Positions 36,600 through 51,589 of a stretch of DNA of 64,000 nucleotides are shown one piece after another. Origin of the DNA: Camelus ferus (taxonomy: Eukaryota); the NCBI RefSeq assembly GCF_009834535.1, contig NC_045707.1:62188001-62252000 (forward strand). The letters are read 5' to 3'. The translations under genes and the position numbers were made by a program. Each line of letters starts with the position of its first letter. The first letter of the stretch is position 1. The notes beneath the pieces were generated by a model. That model was not told where the DNA came from, searched no databases, and worked only from the letters and a program-made list of their open reading frames with translations.

Positions 36600-36900
36600 T
36601 TCACGAGAACCAAAGATGTACACAGCACACAAATAATGACAGTCCCATTTTACACGTAATGTTAGCAAACTGACAGTGTCTAGTATGTTCCTGTTTAGTA
36701 TGTGTTTAGTATTTGCCTGTACAGAGTGTGCTGTGTTGATGAATTCATTTAGTCTTCAAAACTTCAACTCTGAGGAATTTCTATAATTGTCCTCCTTTAC
36801 ACTGAATGAGGAAATCAAAGCATAGAAAGTGGGTAAGTTCCCAGCATCCCACAGCTAGAATGGTGGAACCAGAATACATCCTAGTCAAACTGACTCCCCC
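36600..36900 (-). mobile_element. MIR fragments
   Basis: gtcccattttacacg; ttcatttagtcttcaaaac...cctctttacactgaatgaggaaatcaaagcatagaaagtgggtaagttcccagcatcccacagctagaatggtggaaccagaat. Confidence 0.65.
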
Positions 36901-37274
36901 TAATGTCCATTGTAACCTTGGTACTGTTCTGACTCTCACATCTCAAATAAAGAACTTATTAGGGCCTCATGAAAGGGTGACTTTTTCTCACATTGTTACA
37001 TAAGCATTAATGTAGTAAGTCTAGTCTAGAGCTCTTCTGATTCTAATTTATGAGAGATTACAACGCTTAAGGAGCATATTGCAAGTTCTTAATAAATATC
37101 AGATCAGTGTTTTTCTAAAATCCAAAGAAGTGCTTTAATTTCTAGATGGGTAACATTCTTTTGATCAAGAAAATGTCACTTAGGAAATTGGGACCCAAAC
37201 AGCAATCTTGTTGCATTTGTGGATCCATGATATATATGAGGAAAACTACAAAGGCTAACTCCTAGTTAAGGGGA

Positions 37275-38070
37275 TTTATTTATTTAACACACATTTACTG
37301 AACTCCTACTTATGCCAAGCATTCTCCTTGGTGACTGGACTATGTCAGTGAACAAAAGGTCCTGCCTTTGTATAGTTTACAGACAAACAAATGGAGGGAT
37401 ATAAAGAAATAGAAGAAAACAAAACCACAGTAAATAAGGGAATTGTAAAGCAATCGGAAATATAGAAAAAAGAAAATGTGAATGGCAACAAGGAATCTTA
37501 AATTTAACATGCCTGATGGTAATGAAATAGCAGTAGTTCTTAACTACAGGGTGTTCAGATTATGTCTGACAGTGGAGTAAAAATTGTAGAGATGAGAAAG
37601 GTAGTCATGAAATGTTCTGGATGAACAAGGTTTGAGGAAGAGGGAAACAACTAACTAAAAATGGTGGGGATGACTGTCATATTTAAGAAATACCAAAGGG
37701 ACTAGCAGGGCTAGTTACATAATTTACAAAAAAATAAAAGTGTTAAAAATATTAAGAATTTAAATATGGTGAAAAGGGAGAATTAAGGTACGGGGTCTAT
37801 TTGAGCAAAGGACCCTGTATGATGACACAGGTTGCACTGGTGACCAAGTGAGTGACCCGGAGATGAGACAGAAGGACGAAGAGAGGCCAGATCTTGTAGT
37901 ACAATTCGGGCCATAGAGACAGCTTTTGCTTTAACTCTGAGTGAAGTGGGGAGCTACTGAATGGTTTTGGGTAAAAGAGAGTTATGTTTTGACTTATGAT
38001 TTTAAAAAGACCTCTTCTGCTGCTGTTTAGAGAGCAGAATGCAGACTAGCTAGGGTAGAGGAAGGGGAAA
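37275..38070 (-). mobile_element. L2 3' end, interrupted by MER45A
   Basis: tttatttaacacacatttactgaactctacttatgccaagcattctcc...cagtgaacaaaaggtcctgcc; ttttgctttaactctgagtgaagtggggagctactgaatggttttg. Confidence 0.8.
37706..37840 (-). mobile_element. MER45A-like hAT-Tip100 element nested in L2
   Basis: cagggctagttacataattt...tgttaaaaatattaagaattt...ggaccctgtatgatgacacaggttgcac matches reverse MER45A. Confidence 0.65.
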
Positions 38071-38814
38071 ATTGCATTAATAACTAATAATTGTTTGGGT
38101 TGGATAATAATACTTTAAGAAACTAGTTATTTCTTTGGAATGAATTTAATAGCTCTAACTTATACGTGTAAATGCAAACGTATATATTAGTGCTATGAAT
38201 GTATGTTAAGAGAACTGGTTCAAATTAAGAGAGAACTTTGTGGCTTTAGGTAAATTGATTGTATATGATAAAAATAAAGATAGTTATGGAAGGGGGTTAA
38301 ATATCTGAAGAGATGGCATTATATTCAGTGTAAATTTACAAATACAAAAATCTCATATTATTAGATTTTAGTTGTGCCTGAAGTCTGAGTATACATTTAA
38401 AAACATCTAATCAATGAAAGCCTATGAATTGCCATCGAAAATAACTGTAAACTTAAGATAATCATATATGAAAAGATTTTTGGAGATTACATCATGGAAA
38501 GGAAGGTGTGTATTTGATTCTTCCAGGTATTTCTAAGCATTAACATTTGCCTTAGCCATAAATTTAGATTTATAGGAAGTCAAATGTTAAAAATGCCAAA
38601 AACATAAGGAGTTCCTCCTTTAAATATTTTTGGCAATTTTATACGCATTGGATATTGAAAATCTATTATTATAAATTGATAAAATATCCAGAGTTAGTCA
38701 AGTAAACAATTCTTCAAGTAAAGTGTAAAGAGATTATACCTTCAAAAGCAATAAAAAAAATATGGCTACATACAAGTAGTCCTCCATCGCTGAGAATTTA
38801 CTATCAAAAATAGA

Positions 38815-40430
38815 GATTCTAGAAAAATGAATGCAGTGGCTGGAAGGTTAGTGAATCTTCTTCAATCTCCTAATTTGAAAAACCAACCAAACTAACCCCA
38901 AATCCCCACAAAACCAAAAACAAAACAAAAACAAATTAAGATAGCAAGACCAAAAGTTCCATGGAAAATATATAAAATTAAGTGGCAAAATGGTTTCAGG
39001 AACTCAAAAATATGTGTGTGGAGTCAAGCCTGCAAGACCCACATGGAATCAGAAACTGCAGGAAGGAAAGCAGAGGGAAAGCACTGGGCTCTGACAGCGC
39101 TGGGACCTGAGGAATCCACAGGTCACCAGGGACACTCACTGCTAAGTGTCCCAGCTCAAACTGAGACGAGCATCCAAACCTGAGAGGGAGTTTTCAGGAC
39201 TAAGTTTATGAGCAATTGTTGGAAGAAAGGGCTGAAGCAGTCTGATCCCTGTGAAATCTAACAAACCAAAGTTCACATCAGGATAAGACCCTACACTGAG
39301 GGGACAGTGCTGGGAATATGGTCAAAATAGCAACACAAAGGTATAAGGGGCAGAAAAAATGAGGAAAGAGATCTCCAAAATGCATGTGGATACATCTAAT
39401 CATTTTATGAAAATAGCAGAAGAAAAAAGTTCTACAGTGGTAGAGGTAGCATGCTATGAAGGCCCACAATTACTGTCTAAAAAAGGAGAGAAACACTAAT
39501 ATCACGTAAAAATGAGCAACCAATAAAGAACGTTGGCTGAATTCCACAGAGATCAGTACAGAGCAATAAAAGGCAAAATAACATCCCTGAAAAAGTGAAA
39601 GTGTAACAGAAAGACCTGCTCACAAAACAATTTTTGAAATATAACCTAATATTGGGTTAAAATTAATACAAAAATAATGGAAGTTCTGAAAGAACAGCTT
39701 AGATCAGAAACAGAATAAAATAAAAAATGTACTTGAGAAAATATATGAAACATATACGATAGGAAGTAATTAGAAATTTTTTAAGAAGTCATTTCAGAAA
39801 TACTGAATTGAAAGGAAAGAAAAATTATGAATAATGTCGTAAGAAATAGAAAATGTTGACAAATTGACATTTGAAAATTTTAAATAAATAAAATGGATTT
39901 GAGCAAAATCACAAGAAATAGAAGACAGGCTAAGATAATCCAACATAATTAAAAATAAGACTCTTCAAGAAGAAAACCAAGTAATGTAGCAGAAATATAA
40001 TTTTTAAAAATCATTAAAAAAAACATTAAAAAAATCATTAAAAAAACCCAACATAGTATTGCAATGTCCTAGTTTATAAATGAGTAAATCAACACAGAAT
40101 GATCCATAGATTTACCTATCCCAGCAAAACTATTGGCTTTGAGTGAAAAGAAAAAGGAAAAGAACCCTTTGGGCATTTAGGCAGACAGGTTATATAATTA
40201 TAAGGAAAAGAAAATCAGTTTGTTGTCAGACTTTTTGACAACACTTAATACTGTAAGACAATGGAATAACATATTTAAGATATTCAAGCAAGGAAAATTA
40301 AGCCTGTATCTTACATTCACTCAAACTGGCCTGACATAACTATTAGGACCTTACAAACTCAGGAAGATTTTTTTCATAAGTTCTCTTTTAAAAATATAGT
40401 TGATGCATAATTACCTAAAATTAATGAAGA
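38815..40430 (+). mobile_element. Old L1ME/HAL1-like 5' UTR and ORF1 remnant
   Basis: A-rich decayed ORF1: aaatagaagacaggctaagataatccaacata; aaggaaaagaaaatcagtttgttgtcagactttttgacaacacttaatactgtaagacaatggaataacatatttaagatattcaag. Confidence 0.7.
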
Positions 40431-40729
40431 GGCTATTCAGATATTTTAATAGATAATGGTTTTATCAAATTGTGATAGTACTTGAATTTCTTGGATGCAT
40501 TTAAATAGTGCTTTAAGACAGGGCTATCACAATGAAGTAAACATATCACTTACAACTATTTAAAGTTTTAATAAAATATTAAATATCTTCCTAAATTGTG
40601 TGAGATAGTAAATACTTTTTTTCAATAATTATTTAATTTTGTGTAGATTTCCTTTGAAAACCATTGTTCCTAAGAGCCTGCGACAGTAGTGAATTAAATA
40701 ATTTAACATGGTTAAAATAGAAAGGAGGT

Positions 40730-41150
40730 AAATTTTAATCTGTTATAATTACCCAGGTAGAAGGTCATCGTGGCTGTGTTCCTGGAACCTTCTGTAGACA
40801 TGGAGAAAGATCAAATTTGAACTTATTTTGAAAGAATTAGCAGGATTCAGTGATGTAAAGATCATAAAATGATTTTTAAAAAGAAAAATGTATCAAATAT
40901 GAGCAAGTTTTCTAGACAGGGAATCTAGACAGTCATCAAAAAAAAAACCTCATTGACAGAATTGGGTTAGCTCTGGAAAGCAAATATATGTTGAAGGATG
41001 ATATGGAGGAGTTGAATTTTGCATATAGTGAGTTTGAGGTGACAGTCAACAAAGCTTTTTGCATATACAAGTAACAAGTTAGTGGTCCAGACTATAGATA
41101 TAATTGTCAGGTTATTTTTAGAGAAATAAATTATGATAATGTAAAATTAG
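40730..41150 (-). mobile_element. Degenerate L2 fragment
   Basis: atttttgaaagaattagcaggatt-like stretch; gagttgaattttgcatatagtgagtttgaggtgacag. Confidence 0.5.
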
Positions 41151-42373
41151 ACAAGGATTCTGAAAGACTAAATAAAGAAAATAGAACAGATTTCTAAGAT
41201 TAAGTAACTACTTCTATTTTACAGTCAGTTGCATTTTTTTCCTAACAGTACAGATTTGCTGAAAGATGGGGTGATGTTAAAGAACACAGATTTGAAATGG
41301 CTTTGTCTTAGATTACTAAGTGTCTAAGTAAGCCATTCTTAACCAATGAGATTTTCATCAAAGTCACTGCGGGCATACCATATGAACACCCAGCTCTCAA
41401 TTACATTTTAACTTCTTGGTTTACAATAAAGTTATCATGGGATTGTAGGAGTGGGGAGGAGGGAAATGCATTCGAGCATGTACAGTTTTTATCTTTGTAT
41501 GTAGAACGAAAATATCAGCTCTATTCTTTTATTGCAGTATTGCCTATTTTATAAGAAAAAGCAAGAAAACGGCCCAAGGCTGTGTCAACCCAGTGTCAAA
41601 ACAAATTGGTAATTCAGCATGAGAACAGCAAAGTTGTATGCTTATTTTAAATAATTACACTTGAGTTTCAATATTTTCTCTTATTCTTAGGTGAATTTCT
41701 AGGTGAAATACCTAAGTTAATAGTATAAACATTTTTAAAAATAGTGTAAAATTTAATCTTATTAATTTCAATACACCTGTCAAACACTGCACTATTCAAA
41801 CATTGTGCTGGGCGGGTTCCATGCTCAAATTTGTTGATTATTTGAAACATTCAGACAGTCATATTATATGACAGCCTACTTTCTGAATCTATGAGCAACT
41901 GAGTTTTAGTTATGACAATATTATCACCAGTTGGAATGTTTCTATTTTTAAAGAAAGTGAATCATATTACCTAAGAATGTGACCAAAAAGTAGGTTGCAA
42001 GCTTCTACTCAAAGGAAGTCCATGAAGCTTTACAGTTAAATAGGCCACAATGTAGACTCTAAAATCTCCCCTTTCATACTCAGAGTGAAACAGTGTTTCA
42101 GTTATTGATATTTTGGTGGAATTATTTGTAAGTGATAATATACCATAATAAATTGGGGAAATAAGGAAGGAAAATTAATTATAAATTTTTACAGGAATGA
42201 TGACATTTCATCTAATTTTAGGTATCACTGGTTCAATTTTATTATACTTTAGTAGATGATAACAAATCAAGATATCAGAAAGCCGTGAACTACCATTTGG
42301 TCTAATAACAGGAAATGTGAGGAAAATTAACCTACTTCCAGAGAAAGTAACGTGATTTGGATAAATCAAGTTC

Positions 42374-42412
42374 GTCTGTCTGTCTGTCTATCTATCTACT
42401 TATCATCTATCT
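42374..42412. repeat. (TCTG)n(TCTA)n tetranucleotide repeat
   Basis: gtctgtctgtctgtctatctatctacttatcatctatct. Confidence 0.8.
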
Positions 42413-44409
42413 AAAGTCTATCTTATCTAGGTACCTATGTAAATAATATATCATGTTCACAAACTTTATAAATTTTTATAAAAGCCTGTGTATAACTTTT
42501 CTCTTTAATTTGAAATAATTTTTATCTTTAAGAGTGAGATTATTTTTTTATAAAATAACTAACCTCAAAATCATCTTGAACATGTCAATAAATTATTATT
42601 TTAGTAATTCTCTAAAATCTCAGCCCCTATATAACATGATTTACGTAAGAATATGTACCAAATTATAATTTTAATCAGGTACATGTTGCCTCCTGTGTCA
42701 AGGGATTTAATGCTCATATCAAGGGCTTAAATTTCAGGAGAGCAAGAATATGGAGGGGGTAAAGGGTGGTAAGAAGCATTGTGTTTGCTTAATTAGGAGG
42801 TAGACTGTGGAGCAATTGGTAACTGGGAACTCTTAGTGATACAAATACTTGGAAAGACATGTAGTTTTTAAACAATTGTCCATTTTTTTAGTTACTCTCT
42901 TCCTATTCTTCCACATAGACCAGGATTTTTTTGTTCATAATTTTCCATGTTGGATAAGTCAGGCTCCAATGGCTTCAGACTATTATAAGACTATTATAAG
43001 ATATAAGACTATTTTATTAATAGGTGAGATAAAGAGGGAGACACCTGTGGAGAACCAGGCTTTTCAAAATCCAACTAAGTGTTAACATATATCAGGGTCC
43101 AACGTTGTAAGATCTACAGATTCCTCAATAGAAATAAGTCTGAATTTTTAAATAAAGTAAACAATTTTTTAAACACTGAAATGCTATAATCAGATAAAAT
43201 ATTTTAAAAAGCATAATTCATTATTTACAAATATATATGTGCATTTTGTACCTGCATTACAATTTCCACCTACCACCTTAATAGATTTTTCTCCTACTTT
43301 GAAGGAAGCTCTTCAGAGCCAGGACTTTTTAATGCTTTGTGCAAAAGGAAAAGCAAATATAGCTAAATAGGCATTTCTCTGCTTTTGGCCATGATGGTAT
43401 AAGTAGTACTGAAATACTAGTTCTTTCAAGGTTAACACTGTAATTTTTATTTACCTGAAAAGTCTTCATAAGGAGTAAATATTTAACTTAAAAGTGAAAT
43501 ATAAATTATTCTACCACATTTATTTTGTATAGCTCTTTATTTTTATCTATGGTCAAAATCTAAGTAATAAAAGTGTTTTTCAGGCAAAAATAGCTTTCAA
43601 ACTTGTGAAAATTTTAAAAAGTTCTGCATAAGGGAGAGTTCCTGTAAGTGACAATTTCTATTTTCACCTCATTTGGTAACTGGTTATATAATCATAAAAC
43701 CTGTTGATGTGAGCCAAAGGAACAATTTATTCATGTAATATAAATTATTTCTGAGCCAATCCATGCTTCTTCCTCTGCCATCCCTATTACAGATAATTGG
43801 TGTAATTCATGTATTACTGGGAATCCTATGAGCCTACAAATAACATTGCAATTATCACTTCAGATTTTCAAAAAATTTGGTCAAATCAGACAAACTCCCA
43901 CAATTCTGTATTTGATTTCCACCATAGACTGATTGTCTTTGTTGTGATCTCAAAGGAGGAGAATACAGTTAATTGAAGGAATATGATTAGTTTGTTAATT
44001 AATGATATTTTTCTCAATTTAATGGTTTTTACATGTATAGTTCATTATGAATATCAATTAAGGTATCAAAATTTTTCAGAGCAAACATCAAGAATCACCT
44101 CTGTGAAGAAAGTTGGGTTGCTGTTTGTTTACGAAGTGATAGTACATTAATCCATATGAATATATCTATAATTTTCCCTCAGGAAATCCCTACATTGAAC
44201 TGCAAACTTTCCCCCAAAACGGGACATATTTTTACTCGTTTTTGTACTTACAGAATTTAGCACAATGTCTGACACATTATTTTTAAAGTACCATTATTAC
44301 AAATATTTTAATTGTTACTTGAGTTTTAAATGATTTGCAAAATTTTTTTAACATATGTAATATTTAGAAAGTTTTAAAGTATTTTGAAATACAGTCTTTT
44401 TAACTGTCC

Positions 44410-46010
44410 TAAAGATCTGAGTTTCTAACCTACATGTTTTTCCTTCTCTCTGAAGAATTTTTAACATGTCTTGAAAGGTCGGCCTACTGGCAACAAATTC
44501 CCTCAATTTTTGTTTGTATAAGAAAGTCTTTATTTCTCCTTCACTTTTGAAGGGTACAAAATTCTAGGCTTGCAGTCTTTTTCTTTCAACACTTCAAATA
44601 TTTCACTCCACGCTTGCATGGTTTCTAAGGAAGGGTCAGATGTAATTCTTGTCTTTGCTCCTCTGTATGTAAGGGTTTTGTTTCGTTTTGTTTTGTTTAT
44701 CTCTCTCTCTAGCTGTTTTCAAGATTTTTTCTGTAGGTTAAATATAATGTGCCTAATTTGCATATAAAATGCCTTTTAGAGGCATTTATTTTGGTGGGTG
44801 TTTTCTGAGCTTTCTGGAACTATGATTTGGTTTCTGACATTAATTTGGGGGAAATGTTCAGTCATTGTTGCTTCAAATATTTCTTATATTCCTTTCTTTC
44901 TTTCTTCTTCTTAGATATTCCCATTACACGTTATATTTTTCATAACTGTTCCAGTGTTCATGGATATTCTGTGCCATTTTTTTTTGTCTTTTTCCTCTTT
45001 GCTCTTCTGTTTCAAATGTTTGCATTGATATATCCTTAAGCTCAAAGATTTTTTTCCTTAACCAGGTCCAGTCTACTATTGAGACCACTAAAGGCATTCT
45101 TCATTTGTTACAGTCGTTTTTTTTTTAATCTCTAGCATTTCTTTTTTATTTTTTCTTAGAATTTCCAGCTCTCCTTACATTGCTCCTGTGTTCTTGCATA
45201 GTATTTATTTTACCCATTAGAGCCTTTAGCATATTAACCATAGTTGTTTTTAACTCCCAGTCTGATAATTCCATCCTTGCCGTATCTGGTTCTGATGCTT
45301 GCACTGTCTTTTCAAATTGTGTTTTTGCTTTTTGGTATGCCTTGAAAATTTTCTCTTGATAGGTGGACATGAGGAACTGGGTAAAAGGAACTGTAGTAAA
45401 CTGGGCCTTAGTAACGTGATGGTAAGACATGGGAGAAGGGAATGTTCCTATAGTCTCATGACTCAGTCTCAGTCTTTTAGTGAGCCTATGCCACGGGACT
45501 GTGAACTTGACGAATGCTTCTCAGTCCCTAACCCTGCCCCCTCGGATGGGGCGGGATGGCTAGAAGTGGCTGGAGCTGGACATTTACCTTCTCCACATGA
45601 ACGCCAGAGGTGGCTAGAATTGGATACATCCTTTCCTCCAGGTCAGTTATTGAAAACAAACAATCCACTGGGTTAGTGTCTAGTAAAATCCTCCCCTACC
45701 CTTTGCTGGAATCATGATGGGACTTTTGTCTGATATTAATTACGAGAACCAGGTCCAGCTCTTGGAGGCAAAACGCAGAATTGTGGGGCTAGTCTATGAC
45801 CAGTTCCCTCTGGAGTTTTTAACTCTCAGACTTGTCCACACTGAGCCTCCAGCTATCTGTCAGTTACACGTTAGGTTCTCCCACCCAGCACTCGTTCCCT
45901 CAGACACTTCTGCTTATGGGTTTGTGTGCCAGTACACTGCGACTCTCTGTGTCCACCTTTCTCTCCAATTCTGTGGGCAGTGATTTCAGTTCTCTGTCAG
46001 ATCTAAAGAG
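44410..46010 (-). mobile_element. L1MC-type 5' UTR and decayed ORF1
   Basis: Reverse-strand ORF1 motifs (ggcaacaaattccctcaatttttgtttg...ctccttcacttttgaagg); ORF 45146-45430 gives ORF1-like 'ELSDWELKTTMVNMLKALMGKINTMQE'. Confidence 0.85.
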
Positions 46011-49000
46011 TTATGTTGCTTTAATATATAAAAATATATAGTTATTATTTCAATATACTGATTTGGTAATATTTATATTTCGATAGTCTGACTATATATA
46101 TATCTGCATTGTATTATATAATACAGTATATACATTTTGTTACCACTGTGTACACTTCATCATGTATTTTATGCATGTATGTACTTCTAATTATACACAT
46201 ACGCACATACTTCTTTTGTTTTGTTTTGTTTTGTAAATGCAAGGGTCTATTCCTGAGGCCAAATTTCTGGATCTTCAGAAAGACTGTGTGAAAAGTGCAT
46301 ATGAATAGAAAAATCACCAACAGAGGAGATATCAGCAGCATTTAAAGCTGGCATCTCCCCTCAGTGTGAGGCACACTTAGTCTATACACGCGTACTTCTA
46401 ACTAAAGTTTTATGTAATTCTAATGAATATAAAAAATATAACTCTCATACTTTAATCTAACAATATTCTATCTAATCTGTTAATCATGTTAGTCATACCA
46501 CAACACACAAATCTCATGGCATCCATAAAAGTCTCAGTTATTCACCTCGTAACTGATAGCCCTTTGCCTTTGATAGCTTCAAATTTTAGAATTCTTCATG
46601 GAATATAGATTTCTTAGAAAATCAGAGAGAAAATGGAAACAAAAAGGAGGGAATACATTTTTGGTGTTTTGCAAGCCCCAGGCAATATTAGTTAAGATAT
46701 TATATATTGCATTCACTCTGTTGACTAATTTTTGCTTAGTGTTTTTAAAAGGTCCGTATTATATAATAATAGATAACTTTGACTTAAGCCCTTCTATGAC
46801 TCTGTTTCTACATTGTTATTTCTATATATTCTTCATATTATTTCTTCATATATGAAGAGATATACTCAGAATTTATTTTATACATGACAGTCATTGCTTC
46901 AAAATATGGTATAAATAAGAAACATTTTCTCCTTTCTTTCTTTTTTTTTTTTAATAGGATCATTTTCCAGTCCCAATCCGCAACTGCTCAGCCCTTCACT
47001 TGCCATTTTATACCTGTGACAGGGGTACAGCAGAAGTTTGTGTGTTTCTGTTTTTAAAAGTCTACCCCAAAATAAATGTACATTCCTAAGTAATGATAAG
47101 AAATGAGAAACTTGTGTCTCTCATCTCAACAAGTTTGCCATATCATTTATTTTCTCCCTCTCATGATAAAGTGGTCATCTTATGCCTTGATACATTTTTC
47201 TCTTTGAAGGTAAACTATCTCTTTATGAATTATTCTTTCAGTAGAATATATGTATATACACTTAATTATTCCTGTTTCTCAGTCTTTGATCATAATTAAT
47301 GAAAGAGGAAAAACTTAAGAGTATCCATCTGAAAAAAGTGTTGTATTGCAAGTGAATTTCCTAAAATAGAATATTCTCCCCATAGACACACCACCTTCTT
47401 CCTTTTCTGCTCTGGATTACCTTGGGAAATGCACGGCTGATTTCCTTTATCACTGAAGTTTCTGTTCTTTTCTGTAATTTTATTGTGTGACAGGTAAGAC
47501 TGGAAAGATGGAAAATGCCAGCCTGAAGAATGGCCGGACATCTTAGAAAGACAAATGCATTATGTGAACTTTAAATGACACAAAGATCAGCTGGGGGTAA
47601 AGAAAAACACAGATTAGAAAATTAGACATAACATTTATTTTGAGGTGTGGTAACGTTCACTATCAGTATTACTTGAAGGTTATACATAGTGCTAGAATGG
47701 AAAACAAAGTGCAATCTGTAAACTAACATGGAAGAAACTGCAAAGCTCAAGTCAACCACCATCAAATTAAATGTATTTTTATCTTTTCTATTTTGTGTGC
47801 CTTCAGTTCAAAGAGCTCAGGATTACCTTTGGGGCTCAGAGAAAGAACTCTGTTGTGAGGCACAGACCACATCACATATCATAAAAATAAGTTATCTACC
47901 CAAGATGTTTTTTCTAAATGTTATGATTTTATTTTTGTGTAATTCCTGTCTCCTGTTCTTAGTAATTGGCAAACAAAAACTAACCCTCAAAATACATCCA
48001 TGAAGTAAATAAGCTACACTTATCGAGGTAGTATTTGCTTTTAATTAAACAGATTCATCCTTTAATTCCTTCCAGTTCAACAGAGAACGGCAAGCTACTG
48101 AAAAATCTGATGTTAAGTGTAGCTGATCCAGATCTGAATAAATTCAACACAATTCACTTTCAGCACAGTTTGAACAAAGGTTACTTGTCTCATGATTGAA
48201 ACATAAGCAGTATGAGTTAACAGCTCTCTACTCTTAATCCCTGAATATTGTTCTGGTTTGGAAAGAAAGATTTATGGGGAGATAATCTATATTTTTCAAA
48301 AGATATCTGGTATCACATTAATATTTAAGATTTTTTTCCCAAATGACTCTTATTATGCTTTCAACGAAGTTGTATTAGCTGTCTGATATATACAAAATAT
48401 ACTGTAGATTCTGAGGGTAACAAATAAACAAATTTTGGTCCATAGTCTCAAGGAATTAAAAGACTAGTAGTAGAGAATGAGTAATTTCACAATGTGATCT
48501 TATAATTACTGAAAAATTATGAATACAAGATAGAGGGGCAAGGAGTTACCAAGTTGACCCGGGTATTAGCTGGGGTTGGTGGAAAAAAGATGTCACAGGG
48601 ATCATTACAGAGGCTGCGATGCAGCATATTATTATGAAGTACAACTTTTTTTGTTTTGGATCATTTATGCATTTAAGGGTAAAAAAGATTTACAATAATT
48701 TCTTTGTCACTCCTTTTTATTTGGTTTCATGTGTTCTGTTCCTGATGCCTTTCGGGATACACAAATTATGTGAGCAGTTAAACAAAACACAAAAACTGTG
48801 CATAAGAATCACTCCCCATCCTTTCTTTCCCACAGTGAAACTATTCAGTATGTGACAATGCTAGTATTTGGAAAGCCAGACAAAACGTCCCCCAAAAGAG
48901 AAAAGGTTATCACCAGCTGATGGGCTACTATTTGCTTTCTTCTTCATTGATACAGAAAGTTCAGAGTAAACATTACAAAGTGTCTTTATTTCAGTGTGTA

Positions 49001-50129
49001 AACTCTTCCTTCTGCAGTGCATGTAGCAGAGGCGGAGATGCACTCACCAATAATGTTTGATAATAAGGCAACAGACATCTGAACATTTTAAAGGTAGATT
49101 CTAATCATGCTCACTATTTTTTGTTCTACCTAGGTTAATTAAATTTCAAAGAATGTTTCTAAACTGATTCAGTTATACATCTTATGCTCAATTTTGCTGA
49201 ATAATATTTTTTTCTTCAGTGAATTAATTTCCTAGGAACTAATTGAAACAATGGAGACATTTAGGATAATATCTTTACTTCTTTGGTTGCATCTTTTTAT
49301 ATAAGTAAATAGCTTATGAAAAACAAGAATTTCTATTTCCAAGACCATGATAAAAACCAAGATAATTTTTAGTTAGGTAAAGTAAGTTATTAGTCTATAT
49401 TGGAGTTTTTCAAACTAAGCCAACAAAGGCTTATTAATTAGTGCATGTCCCTACATTGTGTAGAATTTTCCTTTTGAAGATTACGAGGGTCTTTTGTCTA
49501 ATCCGAGTCCCTAAACTAAAAGGAAATTGTTCTCCATGAGATAATTTATGTATTCAGCGTGGTTACCTGTAATTTACAGATTAGGAAAATGGAGAGCCTA
49601 GTTGACACAGATTCTGGCACAGTCAGACCGTGGGTTGGGAGTGAGGACAGGGGCGGGACTGCGATAATTAAGGAGTGATACCATTGATTCAAGAAGGGGG
49701 AGAGGCACTTATTGTGCCATATATTTTGCATTTGTGTGCTAAAGTGATGTACAGCTTAAATTCTGTAATACGTTGGATTATGATGATTTCAGCAAGCCAC
49801 GTGAGCCTTCTTTTCCAGTAGGCACATTTGGTATCTAACTCTAAGATGCTCAGAGAGGTCAAAAGCAATTACTAAATGTCTTCAAATGCTTGGCTCAATT
49901 ATTGTCTGTATGAAAAGAAACATGGATTCTGCCATTCAAATGATAACTAAAATTACTCAGATAATTGTCCTCTATTTATATAATTCTCATTTTCTGTTTT
50001 TTTCTCACGTGTGGGTTTATTTCACTGGTACTAGTTTAAAAATGATAACATTTAAACTGAAAGTGCCTTTGAATTCTTTTTTCATAATTATGCTGCCAAT
50101 TTGTCATTTACTAAGGTCAGTATACAACG

Positions 50130-50310
50130 ATTGTTCTTAAACTTTATTGTGCACATTAATTATCTGGGAAGTTGTTCTATATGACTGATTCTTGTGCCTC
50201 ATCCATAATTACTGATTAGACCCACAAGGTCTAGATTACAAAATTATGGCATCTGTTTTGTAATAAATTTGCAGGAAATTCCAATTCAGATTATTGGGAG
50301 ATTACACCAG
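50130..50310. mobile_element. MER5A-like hAT-Charlie element
   Basis: gttcttaaactttattgtgcacattaattatctgggaagttgtt...ctgattcttgtgcctcatcc. Confidence 0.5.
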
Positions 50311-51589
50311 GCTGGTTACTAAGATCACCCCATTTAGTGCTTTTAGTTGAAATCTACTCATTTAGAAGTCTCATAAATCACACAAAGAAAAAAAAAACAA
50401 CTATTTTCAGCATGAATCATCCTGTGCCTTAGTTTAAAGATTTTAAATTTAAATCTTTGTCCTCTTATTGTGATCGCAGTAAGGCTACCGTCACTTCCAT
50501 TTTTTTCAGCTAACATCTGTGTGGAAAGCTTCTTTCCACACTAGCAGCCTGTATGCCAGCCAGTCACAGAATGCAAGTTTGGAATGCTATTCTTACATAA
50601 TTGCTGCCTGTGGAACGGGGTACCGCTGTGCAGGATGCTAGTTCATTAGTTATGAGTTAGAGTGGAACTTGAGCATTAAAACAAGAAACTCTTCATTTCC
50701 GTCAGATCAGTCTGAGTCTCCATTGCTCTCCGTCTATAGAGGGCTGATTCCCATCACAGTATCAGGTGAGCACACCCACCCAGAGTGCATTCACTCACTA
50801 GCAGCAGGTCATCTTCTTTTCTCTCTCCAACATAGCTCCATGGGACTGCCAGCTGCACAGAGCATGTAGTGCAGCCCTCTTGCATAGAAGAACTGATTTC
50901 TACTGAGTGGGAAATTGATGAAGATTGTGCGATTCTAGTCAATTTCACTCACAATGGGGAAGAAGTGCCTGTGCACAAGCTGGTGTGGCACTTCCAGAGC
51001 AGCTGCTGCCCTTCCCCTGAGCTTAGTAAAGATGCAGAAAGGAAAATGGAGCAGATAAGAAACAGGAAGGCAAATCAGCAAGTCTATCTTATTTCCTCTC
51101 TTTTCACACTAAGAATTTACTGTATTTTCCCCTTGATTAAGTTAGTGAAAAATTCACATGTGGTCATAGTTTTACCTCAGGTAATGTAATTCCAAAGGGT
51201 TCGCAAAGTTCCAAACAATCCAGTATTTATTTTCAGTACGCTACGTAAGAGGACACAGGCTTGTTTATATATTTTTTTGGGTTATTTTTTCAAAAATGTG
51301 TTTGTTTTCAGAAGGACAGACCACCAACAAACCATGAGGCTTTGTAAAGATGGCAGATAAACATTTACTTCCATGCAAACACTTTTAGAAACTGAAAGAA
51401 CTGAATGTCTAACTTGACAGTGTCTCCTCAGATTTAGAACAAGGAAAATAAAATCATAAACTATGGTTTCTGCAATTCTCTGTCTGCCCTCCATATCATC
51501 CCCAACACACACAGTTATCCAAGCACAGAACTAACCAATTATCCAAAGTGGCAGGAAGGGAAGGGTCCCTCTAGCCCCTTTCTACTACC

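Noticed and set aside
43372..43412. U2 snRNA 5' fragment
   Set aside because: Only loose similarity with several mismatches and gaps, no TSD; equally like an old L1 5' end motif
47386..47499. Exon ending at donor CAG|GTAAGA
   Set aside because: Weak acceptor, stops in all three frames, no other support
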